From the NCBI GenBank assembly GCA_963828465.1, contig CAWHEU010000021.1, forward strand, positions 79,489-143,488: a stretch of 64,000 nucleotides of DNA. The letters run 5' to 3'. Of the stretch, positions 39,802-50,719 are shown one piece after another; position 1 is the stretch's first letter; every line of letters begins with the position of its first letter. This stretch comes from an uncultured Acidobacteriota bacterium (GTDB taxonomy: Bacteria > Actinomycetota > Acidimicrobiia > Spongiisociales > ZC4RG35). Below the pieces are notes generated by a model that saw nothing but the letters and a program-made list of their open reading frames with translations, had not been told where the DNA came from and did not search any database. The position numbers and the translations under genes were made by a program.

Positions 39802-41238
39802 ATGGGCAGCTTCGACGAGGTCCACGGCCCCGACGGGGTGCGGGCTCACTATCAGGCGTTGATGAATCGTCTCGCCGAGATCGGGGACGCCGAGCTCGCC
39901 GATCGCCTCGGGCTGCTCGACTCCTTCTTCCGCACCCTCGGTATCACCTTCGCCGTCACCGGCCATGAGGGTGGTCTCGAACGCACATGGCCGATGGACC
40001 TGGTGCCACGGATCATCCCCCCGGACGAATGGAGCCACATCGAATCCGGGCTCGTCCAGCGGGTAACGGTCCTCAACCGATTCCTCGACGATCTCTACGT
40101 CGGCGGTCAACAGGCGATCAACGACGGCATCATCCCCCGCTGGCTGGTCGAGTCGGCCGACGGATACGTGCGCGAAGCCCACGGCATCCCGGCCCCCCGA
40201 GGCTCGCGCTGTGTAGTGGCCGGGATCGACATCGTCCGTGATGACGAAGGCACGTATCGGGTGCTCGAAGACAACCTGCGGGTGCCGAGCGGGATCTCCT
40301 ATGTCCTGGAGAACAGGGTGGCGATGACCCGAATCCTCCCGGTCGGTTTCGCCAGCCATGTCATCAGACCTGTGGACCACTACGGGGCCTCGCTTCTCCG
40401 GGCCCTGCGTGCGATCGCCCCGCCAGGCGTCGATGATCCGACCGTCGTCGTATTGACCCCCGGGGTGGCCAACTCCGCATATTTCGAGCATGCCTTCCTC
40501 GCCCGTCAGATGGGCATCGAACTGGTGGAGGGCCGAGACCTGCTGGTCGACGATCGCCACGTCTTCATGCGCACGACCAAGGGCCTCAAACGCGTCGACG
40601 TGATCTACCGCCGGGTCAACGACGAGTTCCTCGACCCCGTCGTCTTCCGCCAGGACAGCCTGCTCGGCGTGCCCGGGCTCCACGGGGCGGCACGGGCGGG
40701 GACGGTGACCATCGCCAACGCCATCGGGAACGGGGCGGTCGACGACAAAGGGGTCTATCCCTACATCCCCGCCCTCATCGAGTACTACCTCGGCGAGGAG
40801 CCGATCCTCCCCAATGTCACTACCTATCTCCCCTGGGAGCCCGACCAGCTGGCGGTCATCTTGAGCCGCCTCGACCAGCTGGTGGTGAAGCCGGTGGCCG
40901 AGGCCGGCGGTTACGGAATCGTGATCGGCAGCGTGGCCGACGAGGCAACCCTTGCCGCCACCGCCGACGCGCTCCACGCCAACCCGAGGGGATACATCGC
41001 CCAGGAGATCGTCCAGCTTTCCACCCATCCCACCTTCGTCGACGGGCATCTCGAGCCTCGCCACGTCGACCTCCGCCCATTCGTGCTCAGCGGCGACAGG
41101 ATCGAGGTGGTGCCCGGCGGCCTCACCAGGGTGGCAATGCGTAAGGGATCCCTCATCGTCAACTCCTCGCAGGGCGGCGGGTCCAAGGACACGTGGGTGC
41201 TGGGCAACGGGATCGGTCATGCTGTCACGCCACGCTGA
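39802..41238 (+). CDS. Circularly permuted type 2 ATP-grasp protein
   Basis: DLVPRII, GIDIVR, VLEDNLRVPSGISY, LTPG..NSAYFEH, VDVIYRR, RHVDLRPF, PGGLTRVA..VNSSQGGGSKDTWV. Confidence 0.95.
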   Translation: MGSFDEVHGPDGVRAHYQALMNRLAEIGDAELADRLGLLDSFFRTLGITFAVTGHEGGLERTWPMDLVPRIIPPDEWSHIESGLVQRVTVLNRFLDDLYVGGQQAINDGIIPRWLVESADGYVREAHGIPAPRGSRCVVAGIDIVRDDEGTYRVLEDNLRVPSGISYVLENRVAMTRILPVGFASHVIRPVDHYGASLLRALRAIAPPGVDDPTVVVLTPGVANSAYFEHAFLARQMGIELVEGRDLLVDDRHVFMRTTKGLKRVDVIYRRVNDEFLDPVVFRQDSLLGVPGLHGAARAGTVTIANAIGNGAVDDKGVYPYIPALIEYYLGEEPILPNVTTYLPWEPDQLAVILSRLDQLVVKPVAEAGGYGIVIGSVADEATLAATADALHANPRGYIAQEIVQLSTHPTFVDGHLEPRHVDLRPFVLSGDRIEVVPGGLTRVAMRKGSLIVNSSQGGGSKDTWVLGNGIGHAVTPR

Positions 41239-42172
41239 AGACCTCTATTGGGTCGGTCGCTACGTCGAGCGAGCCGAAGACACCGCCCGAATGCTCGACG
41301 TGACCTATCACAACCTCCTCGAATCTCCGGGCGACGGGGCGGAAACCACCTGGGGCGAGCTGCTCGAAGTCCTCTACGTCAACGCTCTCTATACCGGCCC
41401 GTTGGAGAGCAGCGCCGTCAGCAGCTACCTGGTCGCCGATCGGACCAACCCGGGGTCGATCATCTCGGCGGTGGAGCGGGCCCGTGACAACGCACGCGGC
41501 CTGCGGGACCGGATCTCCACCGAGTTGTGGGAGGCGATCAATGTCTTCCATCTCGATCTGGCCCGCGCCGACTTCCACCTCGATCTCGACCGACGGGCCT
41601 ACGAGGTATTCCGGAGCATCAAGAGCAGGTGTCAGCTGATCAGCGGCGTCGCAGCCCAGACCATGCCCCGGGACGAGGGCTACCGATTCATGCTGCTCGG
41701 CCTCCTCCTGGAGCGCGCCGAGATGACCTGCCGCCTCCTCTCCGTCCGATACGCCCGTCTCGCAGGAGGCGATGGTCAATCCGGGTTTCACGCCTGGGTG
41801 TCGGTGCTCAAGTCGGTCTCGGCCTACGAGGCGTATCTCAAGGCGCACGACGCATCGCTCGACCCGACCGATGTGCTCCAGTTCCTGCTGCTGGACCAGG
41901 AGTTCCCTCGCAGCGTCCTCTACTGCCTCCAGCAGGTCGAGCGTTTGATCGACCGGCTCGCCGGGACGAACCATCAGACCAGCATGGAGCGGGCGGTCGG
42001 GCGGGTGCGGGCACATGCGGAGTTCACCGACATCCCGACCATCGTCGACGGGCGGCTCGACCCGTTCCTCGAGGAACTGCAGCGGGAGATCTATGAGGTC
42101 TCCGACGAGGTGGAGGCCCATTTCTTCCGTGCCGGCACCGATCTCCAACTCCACTTCCAGAGGTGGGCATGA
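41219..42172 (+). CDS. Alpha-E domain protein (DUF403)
   Basis: MLSRHAEDLYWVGRYVERAE, ARDNAR, LG..LERA, FPRSV. Confidence 0.93.
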   Translation: MLSRHAEDLYWVGRYVERAEDTARMLDVTYHNLLESPGDGAETTWGELLEVLYVNALYTGPLESSAVSSYLVADRTNPGSIISAVERARDNARGLRDRISTELWEAINVFHLDLARADFHLDLDRRAYEVFRSIKSRCQLISGVAAQTMPRDEGYRFMLLGLLLERAEMTCRLLSVRYARLAGGDGQSGFHAWVSVLKSVSAYEAYLKAHDASLDPTDVLQFLLLDQEFPRSVLYCLQQVERLIDRLAGTNHQTSMERAVGRVRAHAEFTDIPTIVDGRLDPFLEELQREIYEVSDEVEAHFFRAGTDLQLHFQRWA

Positions 42173-43041
42173 GGCTCGAGATCCGCTACCTCAACGAGTT
42201 CAACTACCGGGAGCCGGCCTGGGAATCGCACAACCTGCTCCGGGCCTGCCCGGCCAACGACGACCATCAGCGGTTGATCGCCTACCGGGTCGAAGTCACG
42301 CCGACCGCCCGGGTCCACTCCTACACCGACTATTGGGGGACGAGGGTCGACGAGTTCGGGGTCGTCGAGCCGCACCACGATCTCCGCATCATGGCCGAGT
42401 CGACCGTCGAGACAACGACAGCCCAAGTCCCACCCGGTGACGCGACCGTCGACGCGCTCGACGCCGTGCGAGCGGAGCTGTCGAGCTTTCTCCGGCCATC
42501 GCCCCACGCCATCTGGGACGCGCCCATCGAAGAGGCGGCCAGGGTGGCCATGGGCGGCGCGGTTGACGTGGTGGACGTCGCAACCGCCGTCTCAGACAAG
42601 GTCACATCCACCCTCGACTATGTGCCGGGCGCCACTTACGTAGGCGTCGATGTGGCCGACGTGATGTCACAAGGCAAAGGGGTGTGCCAGGACTTCGCCC
42701 ATCTCGGCATCGCCATGTATCGCAGCATCGGCGTCCCGGCCCGGTATGTGTCCGGCTATCTCTACGCCGTGGAGCAGACCTCGGCGGTGGCGCCGGACGA
42801 GCCCGAGCTGAGCGTGCAGACCCATGCCTGGCTCGAGGTCTTCGTGCCGGGATACGGTTGGTGGGGCCTCGACCCGACCAACGCCCAACCCGTAGGGGAA
42901 CTCCACGTAAAGATCGGGCACGGCCGGGATTACCAGGATGTCATGCCCCTGCGTGGCGTCTACCACGGTGGGGCGGATCACCAACTGGGGGTTCAGGTGC
43001 GGATCAGCCGGGAACGGCTGTCCCAGATGGCAGAGCAGTAG
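42169..43041 (+). CDS. Transglutaminase-family protein
   Basis: DYWGT; GVCQDFAH, ARYVSGY, THAWLE, DPTN (Cys-His-Asp triad), GRDY.DV.P. Confidence 0.93.
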   Translation: MRLEIRYLNEFNYREPAWESHNLLRACPANDDHQRLIAYRVEVTPTARVHSYTDYWGTRVDEFGVVEPHHDLRIMAESTVETTTAQVPPGDATVDALDAVRAELSSFLRPSPHAIWDAPIEEAARVAMGGAVDVVDVATAVSDKVTSTLDYVPGATYVGVDVADVMSQGKGVCQDFAHLGIAMYRSIGVPARYVSGYLYAVEQTSAVAPDEPELSVQTHAWLEVFVPGYGWWGLDPTNAQPVGELHVKIGHGRDYQDVMPLRGVYHGGADHQLGVQVRISRERLSQMAEQ

Positions 43042-43143
43042 CGGCCCACCGTTTTCTCAATGGATTTATCATCGATTTAGGGTCTCTGGGTTCACGATCG
43101 AGTGTTTGTGCCCAAAACCGATGAAGAAGGAGCTCTGATCACC

Positions 43144-44325
43144 TTGGTGTCGAAGAGGCAATTGCTGGTGGCGTTGGCCGTGGTGTCCACGCTGGCTCTG
43201 GCCCCTGCGGCTCTAGCGCAGACGGAGGAGGAGACACCCACCACGCTCCCCGCCACCGCTCTGACCGTCAGCACCCCGTTCCCGTCGGTCGCGGTAACGC
43301 CTGGGGACCAGGTCAGCTTCCCGTTGACCGTCGCCGCTCCGGCCCAGGTCCCGGTCACTCTCGCAGTGGAGGGGGCTCCGGAAGACTGGACCGCTGCGTT
43401 CCGTGGTGGCGGCTTCGAGGTCGACTCGGTCACCGCCGGTCCCGGGCTGAATCCCGAACTCACTTTCGATGTCACCGTCCCGACCAGCGTGACTGAAGGC
43501 GACTTCCCGATGACCATCACCGCTTCCGGCGGAGGCGACTCGGTTTCCCTCCCTATCGCGGTCAGGGTCTCGGTCCAGGCCGGTGGCGAGGTGACACTCA
43601 CCCCCACCTTCCCTGGTCTTCGCACCCCGGCCGGTGAGGCTGCCACCTTCAACGTGGAGCTGAACAACGGCACCCCCGCGGATCTCGAGTTCGAGCTGAG
43701 CCCCACCGCGCCAGCCGGCTGGGATATCACCGCCGAGCTCTCCGGTCAGGCGCAGGCCGCCACTGTCCTCGTAGAGGCCGGCGCTACCGAGACGATCAAC
43801 GTCGAGGTGACCCCGCCCTTCCAGGCCGAGGCAGCCCAATACCCGGTCACGCTCGTGGCTACCGCGCCCGGCACGACGGTTGAGACCGAAATGATCGTGG
43901 AGGTGACCGGATCCTTCGCCTTGGAGATGTCGACCCCGGACCAGCGCCTCAATGCCGAGGTCACTGTGGGCAGCACGAGCGACTTCCAGATCATTCTCAC
44001 CAACACCGGGACCGCCGACCTGGCCAACGTCGTCATGGGTGTCACCCCGCCGACCGGCTGGGAGGTCGGCTTCGATACCCAGGAAGTGGCCATACCGGCA
44101 GGTGAGACCGTGCCTGTAACGGCGACTATCACCCCATCGGAGGAAGCCGTGGCCGGGGACTATGTGATCACCTTCACCGCCACCAATGAGGAAGTCGACG
44201 TCCCAGAGATGGAGATCCGGACGACGGTCAATCCGTCGGCCATCTGGGGATTCGTCGGTATCGCGGTGATCGCCCTCACACTGGCCGGCCTCGCCTGGGT
44301 CTTCCGCCGCTTCGGCCGTCGCTGA
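43144..44325 (+). CDS. Secreted, membrane-anchored NEW3 (NPCBM-associated) repeat protein; start uncertain (43102-43147)
   Basis: Signal peptide; repeated P.GW Ig-like modules; C-terminal TM helix plus FRRFGRR. Confidence 0.82.
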   Translation: MVSKRQLLVALAVVSTLALAPAALAQTEEETPTTLPATALTVSTPFPSVAVTPGDQVSFPLTVAAPAQVPVTLAVEGAPEDWTAAFRGGGFEVDSVTAGPGLNPELTFDVTVPTSVTEGDFPMTITASGGGDSVSLPIAVRVSVQAGGEVTLTPTFPGLRTPAGEAATFNVELNNGTPADLEFELSPTAPAGWDITAELSGQAQAATVLVEAGATETINVEVTPPFQAEAAQYPVTLVATAPGTTVETEMIVEVTGSFALEMSTPDQRLNAEVTVGSTSDFQIILTNTGTADLANVVMGVTPPTGWEVGFDTQEVAIPAGETVPVTATITPSEEAVAGDYVITFTATNEEVDVPEMEIRTTVNPSAIWGFVGIAVIALTLAGLAWVFRRFGRR

Positions 44326-44326
44326 C

Positions 44327-45283
44327 ATGGCCGCCTCGACCATCCGAAGCCGGAAGCTGACCAAGACCTACGGCGAGCACACCGTGGTCGACCGACTCGA
44401 CCTCGACATCGAAGCCGGGGAGGTGTTCGGCCTGCTCGGCCCCAACGGGGCAGGCAAGACCACCACCATTCTCATGCTCCTCGGCCTCGTCGAGCCCAGC
44501 AAGGGCAAGATCGAGGTGCTGGGGCTCGACCCGAGATGGCATCCGCTCGAGGTCAAGAGGAACGTGGGCTACCTACCCGACGCGGTTGGCTTCTACGACC
44601 CCATGACCGGGCGGGAGAACCTCAGGTTCACCGCAAGGCTCAACGGGCTCGAAGACTTCGAAGACCTGATCAGCTCCCTGCTCGAGCTGGTCGGTCTGGC
44701 CGAGGCCGCCGACCAGCCGGCCGGCGAGTACTCGCGAGGAATGAAGCAGCGTCTCGGCGTGGCGGACGCTCTGGTCAAGGGCCCATCGGTTCTCATCCTC
44801 GATGAGCCGACCACCGCCATCGACCCCGAGGGTGTGGTCGAGTTGCTCGCCCTGATCCAGAGATTGGCAAAGGAGGAGGGAGTCACTGTGCTCCTCGCCA
44901 GCCACCTCCTTCACCAGGTCCAGACTGTGTGCGACCGGGTCGCGATCTTCGTCAGAGGCAAGGTCGTCGCACAAGGAACACCACACGAGCTGGCGGCAGT
45001 CGACAAGACCGGCAACATCAGGGTCGAGTTCCGACTCGGCGGCGAGCCGTCCAAGGGTCGAGCCGCCCTCGAGGCCCTCGGAACTGTGAGTGGTATCACC
45101 CCTGGTCGGGCGCCCGGATCATGGGTCGCCGACCTCCATTCGGAGTCGCTGGCGCCCGCTGTGAGCGGCCTCGTCTCCAAGGGTGCCGACGTGATCGGTG
45201 TCCATCGGCTCGACGAGGACCTGGAGAGCATCTATCGCCGCTATTTCGAGATCGAGGAAGCGGAGGAGGAGGTTCCGGTATGA
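44327..45283 (+). CDS. ABC transporter ATP-binding protein
   Basis: GPNGAGKTT, YSRGMKQR, ILDEPT, SH. Confidence 0.95.
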   Translation: MAASTIRSRKLTKTYGEHTVVDRLDLDIEAGEVFGLLGPNGAGKTTTILMLLGLVEPSKGKIEVLGLDPRWHPLEVKRNVGYLPDAVGFYDPMTGRENLRFTARLNGLEDFEDLISSLLELVGLAEAADQPAGEYSRGMKQRLGVADALVKGPSVLILDEPTTAIDPEGVVELLALIQRLAKEEGVTVLLASHLLHQVQTVCDRVAIFVRGKVVAQGTPHELAAVDKTGNIRVEFRLGGEPSKGRAALEALGTVSGITPGRAPGSWVADLHSESLAPAVSGLVSKGADVIGVHRLDEDLESIYRRYFEIEEAEEEVPV

Positions 45284-46275
45284 CCACCGACGCCGAGGTC
45301 GTGGCCGAGGAGGTCCCCGCCGAGGAATCCTTACGGGTCGGAGGTTGGCGGGCGGTAGCCAGGAAGGAGATCGCCGATCACATCCTTTCGGGGCGGTTCG
45401 TCGTACTGATGGGAGTCCTCGGCATCGCCACGGCTGCGGCTGTCTTCGCCGCCTCGGGGGGGATCCGCGACGTCGCCCCCAACGCCCAGGGGATCACGGC
45501 GCTGTTCCTCAAGCTGTTCACCGTCACCGCCGACCCGGTCCCCTTCCCGCTGATCGTGTTCGTGGGATTCCTTGCCCCGCTACTCGGGATCATGTTCGGG
45601 TTCGATGCGGTCAGCGGCGAGCGCTCCCAGGGGACGCTGCCCCGGCTGCTCTCCCAGCCGATCCATCGTGACGAGGTGATCCTGGGCAAGTTCGTGGCGG
45701 GCCTGGCCGTGGTCGCGATCATGCTCACCGCCCTTGTGTTGTTCGTGTCCGGGATCGGGATCTTCAGGCTCGGTGTGGTGCCCACCCCGACCGAGATTTC
45801 CCGTCTTGCCGTGTGGCTGGTCTTCACCATCATCTACGTGGGGTTCTGGCAAGCGCTGGCCACCCTGTGCTCGGTGCTGGCCAAGCGGGCCTCGACCTCG
45901 GCGATGATCCCGCTCGGTGTCTGGTTGGTCCTGACCCTGTTCGGCTCGTTCATCTTCGGGGCCATCGCCAGCGTGCTCAGCCCCAGGGATGGCTCCGACG
46001 CGGCCGAGATCGCCTACCAGCAGACCGCTCAGACCGTGTCACAACTCTCACCGGTGACACTGTTCCAGCAGGTCTCGAACGTGCTCCTCGATCCCGAGGT
46101 GCGCACGGTCGGTTTGGTCACCCAGGAGCAGGTAGACCGGGCCATCGTGTCCGAGCTCAACCTCACCCAGAGCCTGGCCGTCGTGTGGCCCCAGATCGCC
46201 ATCCTGGTCGCCCTGACGTCGGTCATGTTCGCCGCGGCCTACATCGCCTTCATGCGGGACGAGGTCCGGGCCTGA
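45280..46275 (+). CDS. ABC-2 type permease
   Basis: VARKE, GFDAVSGERSQGTL..LLSQPI.R..VILGKF; six TM helices. Confidence 0.9.
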   Translation: MTTDAEVVAEEVPAEESLRVGGWRAVARKEIADHILSGRFVVLMGVLGIATAAAVFAASGGIRDVAPNAQGITALFLKLFTVTADPVPFPLIVFVGFLAPLLGIMFGFDAVSGERSQGTLPRLLSQPIHRDEVILGKFVAGLAVVAIMLTALVLFVSGIGIFRLGVVPTPTEISRLAVWLVFTIIYVGFWQALATLCSVLAKRASTSAMIPLGVWLVLTLFGSFIFGAIASVLSPRDGSDAAEIAYQQTAQTVSQLSPVTLFQQVSNVLLDPEVRTVGLVTQEQVDRAIVSELNLTQSLAVVWPQIAILVALTSVMFAAAYIAFMRDEVRA

Positions 46276-46299
46276 CCGCTTTGCCTTTAGGCTGAGGTC

Positions 46300-46764
46300 A
46301 TGGATGAAGCGGTGAAGCCGGACGCGGTCGAGCAGGTGCCGGACGAGGAGCGAAAGGAGCCGCCGGTCTCCGAGCCGACCAAGCTGATCCGTATCGCATC
46401 CATGACCCGGGCGATGCTCGACGAGGTGCGTCAGGCACCACTCGATGAGGGCGGGCGGAAGCGTCTGGCCGACGTGCACTCCCGATCACTCGACGAGCTG
46501 CGCGAGGTCCTCTCCCCCGAGCTCCTCGACGAATTCGACGAGATCATGGTCCCCCTCGACAGGGAGGGTGTGACCGAAGCCGAGCTGCGGATCGCCCAGG
46601 CCCAGCTGATCGGGTGGCTGGAGGGTCTGTTCCACGGGATTCAGGCCTCGTTGTGGAGCCAGCAGATGGCCGCCCAATCCCAGCTGCAAGAGATGCAAAA
46701 GAGAGCGTTGATCCCACCCTCGCCCCCCGGGCAAAACGAGGACCAGCCCGGCCTCTATCTCTGA
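46300..46764 (+). CDS. bpa: Bacterial proteasome activator (Bpa/PafE)
   Basis: P.KLIRIASM..MLDEVR.APLDE.GR.RL, ELRIAQAQLIGWLEGLFHGIQ; C-terminal HbYX motif GLYL. Confidence 0.92.
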   Translation: MDEAVKPDAVEQVPDEERKEPPVSEPTKLIRIASMTRAMLDEVRQAPLDEGGRKRLADVHSRSLDELREVLSPELLDEFDEIMVPLDREGVTEAELRIAQAQLIGWLEGLFHGIQASLWSQQMAAQSQLQEMQKRALIPPSPPGQNEDQPGLYL

Positions 46765-46767
46765 GCC

Positions 46768-47043
46768 TTATCCGACCTTGCGTTCCTGTTGGGTTCGCTC
46801 GCGCCGGACGCGACGTCGCTCGCGCTCGCTGAGACCACCCCAGATGCCGAATTTCTCGCCCATGTCGACCGCGTAGTCGAGACACTCCGCCCGCACCTCG
46901 CAGGCAGCGCATATCGACTTCGCCTTCCGGGTGGAAGCCCCCCGCTCGGGGAAGAAGAGGTCGGCATCGGCGCCTCGGCAGTTGGCGTAGTCCTGCCAGG
47001 AAAGCTCACCTACAGCCAAGGCTTGGATGAGCTTGCTCTGCAT
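46768..47043 (-). CDS. whiB: WhiB-family Fe-S transcription factor (WhiB2-like)
   Basis: WQDYANC..D.DLFFPERG..AK.IC..C.VR.ECL..FGIWGGLSERERR. Confidence 0.93.
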   Translation of the reverse strand: MQSKLIQALAVGELSWQDYANCRGADADLFFPERGASTRKAKSICAACEVRAECLDYAVDMGEKFGIWGGLSERERRRVRRERTQQERKVG

Positions 47044-47059
47044 CAGGTCTCCTCACAAC

Positions 47060-47106
47060 CGTGTAATTACACGTTTGACATTAAGACCGGGCGCGCGCGC
47101 CGTCAA
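47060..47106 (-). promoter_or_regulatory. Housekeeping-sigma promoter of whiB with a downstream palindrome
   Basis: TTGACG (47106-01), 17 nt, TAATGT (47083-78); perfect palindrome CGTGTAATTACACG at 47060-73; GAGGAG RBS. Confidence 0.7.
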
Positions 47107-47169
47107 CCCCGATTGGCGGATTTCTCCTTGTCGCGCCGGAAGATTCTGCCGACACCCATTGTTGGCATA

Positions 47170-47910
47170 ATGGAGTCACCGGTGTCCACCACGACTGAAC
47201 AGCGAAGAGCCCCCTGGCCGGTCGTCTTCTATCGATCGGCGGTTGGCAAGAAGTGGGTGATGGCGCTCACCGGGATCGGGATCATCTTCTTCGTCCTGGC
47301 GCACATGGTGGGCAACTGGAAGATCTTCCTTCCCGACGTCGCCGGGGTGCCCGACATCGACATATATGCCGAGGCTCTACGAGAGCTGTTGGTCCCCTTC
47401 TTGCCCGCCCACGTGGCCCTGTGGATCCTCCGCACAGGCTTGATCGTCGCCTTCCTCCTCCACATCCATGCCGCGTATGCGCTGACCTTGATGAATTCTC
47501 GGGCCCGACCCGAGCCTTATCAGGGGCCGCGCACCTATGTCGCGGCCAGCTACGCCAGCCGGACCATGCGCTGGAGCGGAGTGATCTTTGCCGCCTTCCT
47601 CCTATTTCATCTCGCCGACCTGACCTGGGGCATCCAGCCGATGGCGCCCGAGACCTGGGCCCGAGGCGAGGTGTACGCCAACTTCATCGCCACATTCAGC
47701 CGCGCCCCGGTGACCGCCTTCTATGTGATCGCCATGGTGTTGCTGGGGCTCCATCTCTATCACGGGGCGTGGTCGATGTTCCAGAGCCTCGGTATCAACC
47801 ATCCCCGGTTCAACGCCGTCCGGCGCTATTTCGCCATCGGGCTTGCCGTCCTGGTGACCGTGGGCAACGCCATCATGCCCCTCGCCGTGTATTTCGGGTT
47901 CGTCGGATGA
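47170..47910 (+). CDS. sdhC: Succinate dehydrogenase/fumarate reductase cytochrome b subunit
   Basis: [35 protein letters not shown]. Confidence 0.92.
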   Translation: MESPVSTTTEQRRAPWPVVFYRSAVGKKWVMALTGIGIIFFVLAHMVGNWKIFLPDVAGVPDIDIYAEALRELLVPFLPAHVALWILRTGLIVAFLLHIHAAYALTLMNSRARPEPYQGPRTYVAASYASRTMRWSGVIFAAFLLFHLADLTWGIQPMAPETWARGEVYANFIATFSRAPVTAFYVIAMVLLGLHLYHGAWSMFQSLGINHPRFNAVRRYFAIGLAVLVTVGNAIMPLAVYFGFVG

Positions 47911-49829
47911 CTCTCAAGCTCGACGCCAAGGTGCCGCCCGGCCCCGTCGAGGACAAATGGGACAACCACAAGTTCTCGGTTCGACTGGTGAACCCGGCCA
48001 ACAAGCGAAAGTTCAAGATCCTGATCGTCGGCACCGGTCTGGCCGGCGCCTCGGCCGCTTCCTCTCTGGCGGAACTGGGATACGACGTCGAGGTTTTCAC
48101 CTTCCACGACTCACCGCGCCGGGCCCATTCCATCGCCGCCCAAGGCGGGATCAACGCCGCCAAGAACTACAAGAACGATGGCGATTCTGTGTACCGGCTC
48201 TTCTACGACACGGTCAAAGGCGGCGACTATCGGAGCCGAGAGGCGAACGTCTACCGCCTGGCCCACGAGTCGCTGAACATCATCGACCAGGCCACTGCCC
48301 AGGGGGTGCCGTTCGCCCGGGAGTACGGCGGGTTGCTCGACAACCGGTCATTCGGTGGGGCGCAGGTAGCGCGCACTTTCTACGCAAGAGGCCAGACGGG
48401 CCAGCAGCTCCTCCTCGGGGCGTACCAGGCGATGGCCCGTCAGGTGGCGGCGGGCACTGTGAAGCTTCACACCCGATCGGAGATGCTCGACATCGTGGTC
48501 AAGGAGGGGAGGGCCGTGGGCATTGTTGTCCGCGACCTGATCTCCGGGGCCATCACCAACCATTCGGGTCACGCAGTGGTCCTCGCCACCGGTGGCTACA
48601 GCAACGTCTTCTTCCTATCCACCAATGCCATGGCCTGCAACATCAGCGCCATCTGGAGGGCACACCGGAAGGGAGCCGGCTTCGCCAACCCTTCCTTCAC
48701 CCAGATCCACCCGACCTGCATCCCCGCTTCGGACGAGTTTCAGTCGAAGCTGACGTTGATGTCCGAGTCGCTGCGAAATGACGGGCGGATCTGGGTCCCG
48801 AGCCGAATCGGCGATGATCGGCCGGCATCCCAGATCCCCAAAGAGGAGCGCGACTACTTCCTCGAGCGGATCTACCCCGCCTTCGGGAACCTGGTCCCGA
48901 GAGACGTGGCATCGCGCGCCGTCAAGCGAATCGTCGACGAGGGAAAAGGGGTGGGCCCGCTCCGCAACGGCGTGTACCTCGACTTCCACGACGCCATCGA
49001 ACGAGAAGGCCGCCAGGTCATCCAGGAGCGTTACGAGAACCTATTCGAGATGTATCAACGCATCACGGACGAGGACCCCTATGAGGTGCCGATGCGCATC
49101 TATCCGGCGCCGCATTACACCATGGGAGGGCTCTGGGTCGACTACAACCTGATGACGACGATTCCCGGGCTCTACGCCATCGGCGAGGCCAACTTCTCCG
49201 ACCACGGTGCCAATCGGCTCGGGGCGTCGGCGTTGATGCAGGGCCTGGCGGACGGCTACTTCGTCCTCCCGACGACCATCGGCGACTATCTGGCCGGCTT
49301 CCTCGGCGAATCGCCGGTGCCCACCGACGACCCAGCCTTTGGAGATGCCGCGCAGGAGGTCCGTGACCGGGTCGACCGGTTCATGTCGACGAGGGGCAGC
49401 CGCACCGTGGACTGGTTCCACAAGGAACTGGGCAAGATCATGCTGGAGTACTGCGGCATGTCCCGGAGCGAGCCGGGGCTGAACAAGGCGTTGTCCGAGA
49501 TCCCTGCCCTGTACGAGGAGTTCAAGACCGATGTGCGGATCCTGGGCACAGCGGGCGGGCTCAATCAGACCCTGGAGAGGGCAGGTCGGGTGGAGGACTT
49601 CTTCGAGTTGGCCCAGGCGATGTGCCTGGATGCTCTTCATCGTGAGGAGTCGTGCGGCGGCCATTTCCGTGAGGAGTCCCAGACCGATGAAGGCGAGGCC
49701 CTGCGCTGGGACGACGATTTCGCCCATGTTGCGGTGTGGGAGTGGACCGGCGATCCGGCCAAACCGGAGCTGAACAAGGAGCAACTCACCTTCGAAGCAG
49801 TCAATCTGAGCACCCGGAGCTACAAGTGA
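47907..49829 (+). CDS. sdhA: Succinate dehydrogenase/fumarate reductase flavoprotein
   Basis: [49 protein letters not shown]. Confidence 0.95.
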   Translation: MTLKLDAKVPPGPVEDKWDNHKFSVRLVNPANKRKFKILIVGTGLAGASAASSLAELGYDVEVFTFHDSPRRAHSIAAQGGINAAKNYKNDGDSVYRLFYDTVKGGDYRSREANVYRLAHESLNIIDQATAQGVPFAREYGGLLDNRSFGGAQVARTFYARGQTGQQLLLGAYQAMARQVAAGTVKLHTRSEMLDIVVKEGRAVGIVVRDLISGAITNHSGHAVVLATGGYSNVFFLSTNAMACNISAIWRAHRKGAGFANPSFTQIHPTCIPASDEFQSKLTLMSESLRNDGRIWVPSRIGDDRPASQIPKEERDYFLERIYPAFGNLVPRDVASRAVKRIVDEGKGVGPLRNGVYLDFHDAIEREGRQVIQERYENLFEMYQRITDEDPYEVPMRIYPAPHYTMGGLWVDYNLMTTIPGLYAIGEANFSDHGANRLGASALMQGLADGYFVLPTTIGDYLAGFLGESPVPTDDPAFGDAAQEVRDRVDRFMSTRGSRTVDWFHKELGKIMLEYCGMSRSEPGLNKALSEIPALYEEFKTDVRILGTAGGLNQTLERAGRVEDFFELAQAMCLDALHREESCGGHFREESQTDEGEALRWDDDFAHVAVWEWTGDPAKPELNKEQLTFEAVNLSTRSYK

Positions 49830-50584
49830 ACGTGACGCTCCAGATCTGGCGGCAGGAAGGTCCCGACCTGCCAGGTTCGTTCAAGACATACGAAGTGGCC
49901 GGGATCTCCGAAGAGATGTCCTTCCTCGAGGTGCTCGATGTTCTGAACGAACGTCTCGTCACCCAGGGGGATGAGCCGGTCGCCTACGACCACGACTGCC
50001 GTGAGGGCATTTGCGGCTCCTGTGGCGTCATGATCGACGGCCAGGCCCACGGCCCCCAGCTCGGCACGGCGACCTGCCAGCTCCACATGCGAAAGTTCGA
50101 GAGCGGATCGACGATCACCGTCGAGCCGTGGCGGGCGGCGGGATTCCCGCTGGTCAAGGATCTCGTGGTCGACCGCAGCTCCTTCGACCGCATCATCGAG
50201 GCGGGCGGGTACATAACGGTCGACACCGGGTCCGCCCCCGACGCCAACCTCACCCCGGTTCCCAAACCCGCCGCCGACATCGCCTTCGACGCCGCCGCCT
50301 GCATCGGTTGCGGGGCCTGCGTGGCCGCCTGCCCCAACGGCGCGGCAAATCTCTTCACCGCGGCCAAGATCAGCCACCTCAACCTCCTCCCGCAGGGTCA
50401 GGCCGAGAGATGGGCACGAACCGAGAACATGGTCGAGGTCATGGAGGAGTACTTCGGATCGTGCACCAACCACGGAGAGTGCGAGAAGGCGTGCCCCAAG
50501 TCGATCTCGATCGACTTCATCGCCATGATGAACGCCGATTACCTCAAGGCGAAGGTCAAGAATCGCCGTCTTGTTGCCCAATAG
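49826..50584 (+). CDS. sdhB: Succinate dehydrogenase/fumarate reductase Fe-S subunit
   Basis: [34 protein letters not shown]. Confidence 0.95.
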   Translation: MNVTLQIWRQEGPDLPGSFKTYEVAGISEEMSFLEVLDVLNERLVTQGDEPVAYDHDCREGICGSCGVMIDGQAHGPQLGTATCQLHMRKFESGSTITVEPWRAAGFPLVKDLVVDRSSFDRIIEAGGYITVDTGSAPDANLTPVPKPAADIAFDAAACIGCGACVAACPNGAANLFTAAKISHLNLLPQGQAERWARTENMVEVMEEYFGSCTNHGECEKACPKSISIDFIAMMNADYLKAKVKNRRLVAQ

Positions 50585-50719
50585 ACCATCCGGCCTTGGG
50601 TCCAATAGCCCCTTGTAAGCGAGGATCTTCGTCGTAGCCTGACCGAATTCGGGGGACCACTCTGGGTAGGTTCAGCTCACCGAACGTGGTGGTCGCTGGG
50701 ACCAAGGGAATAGGGGCCA

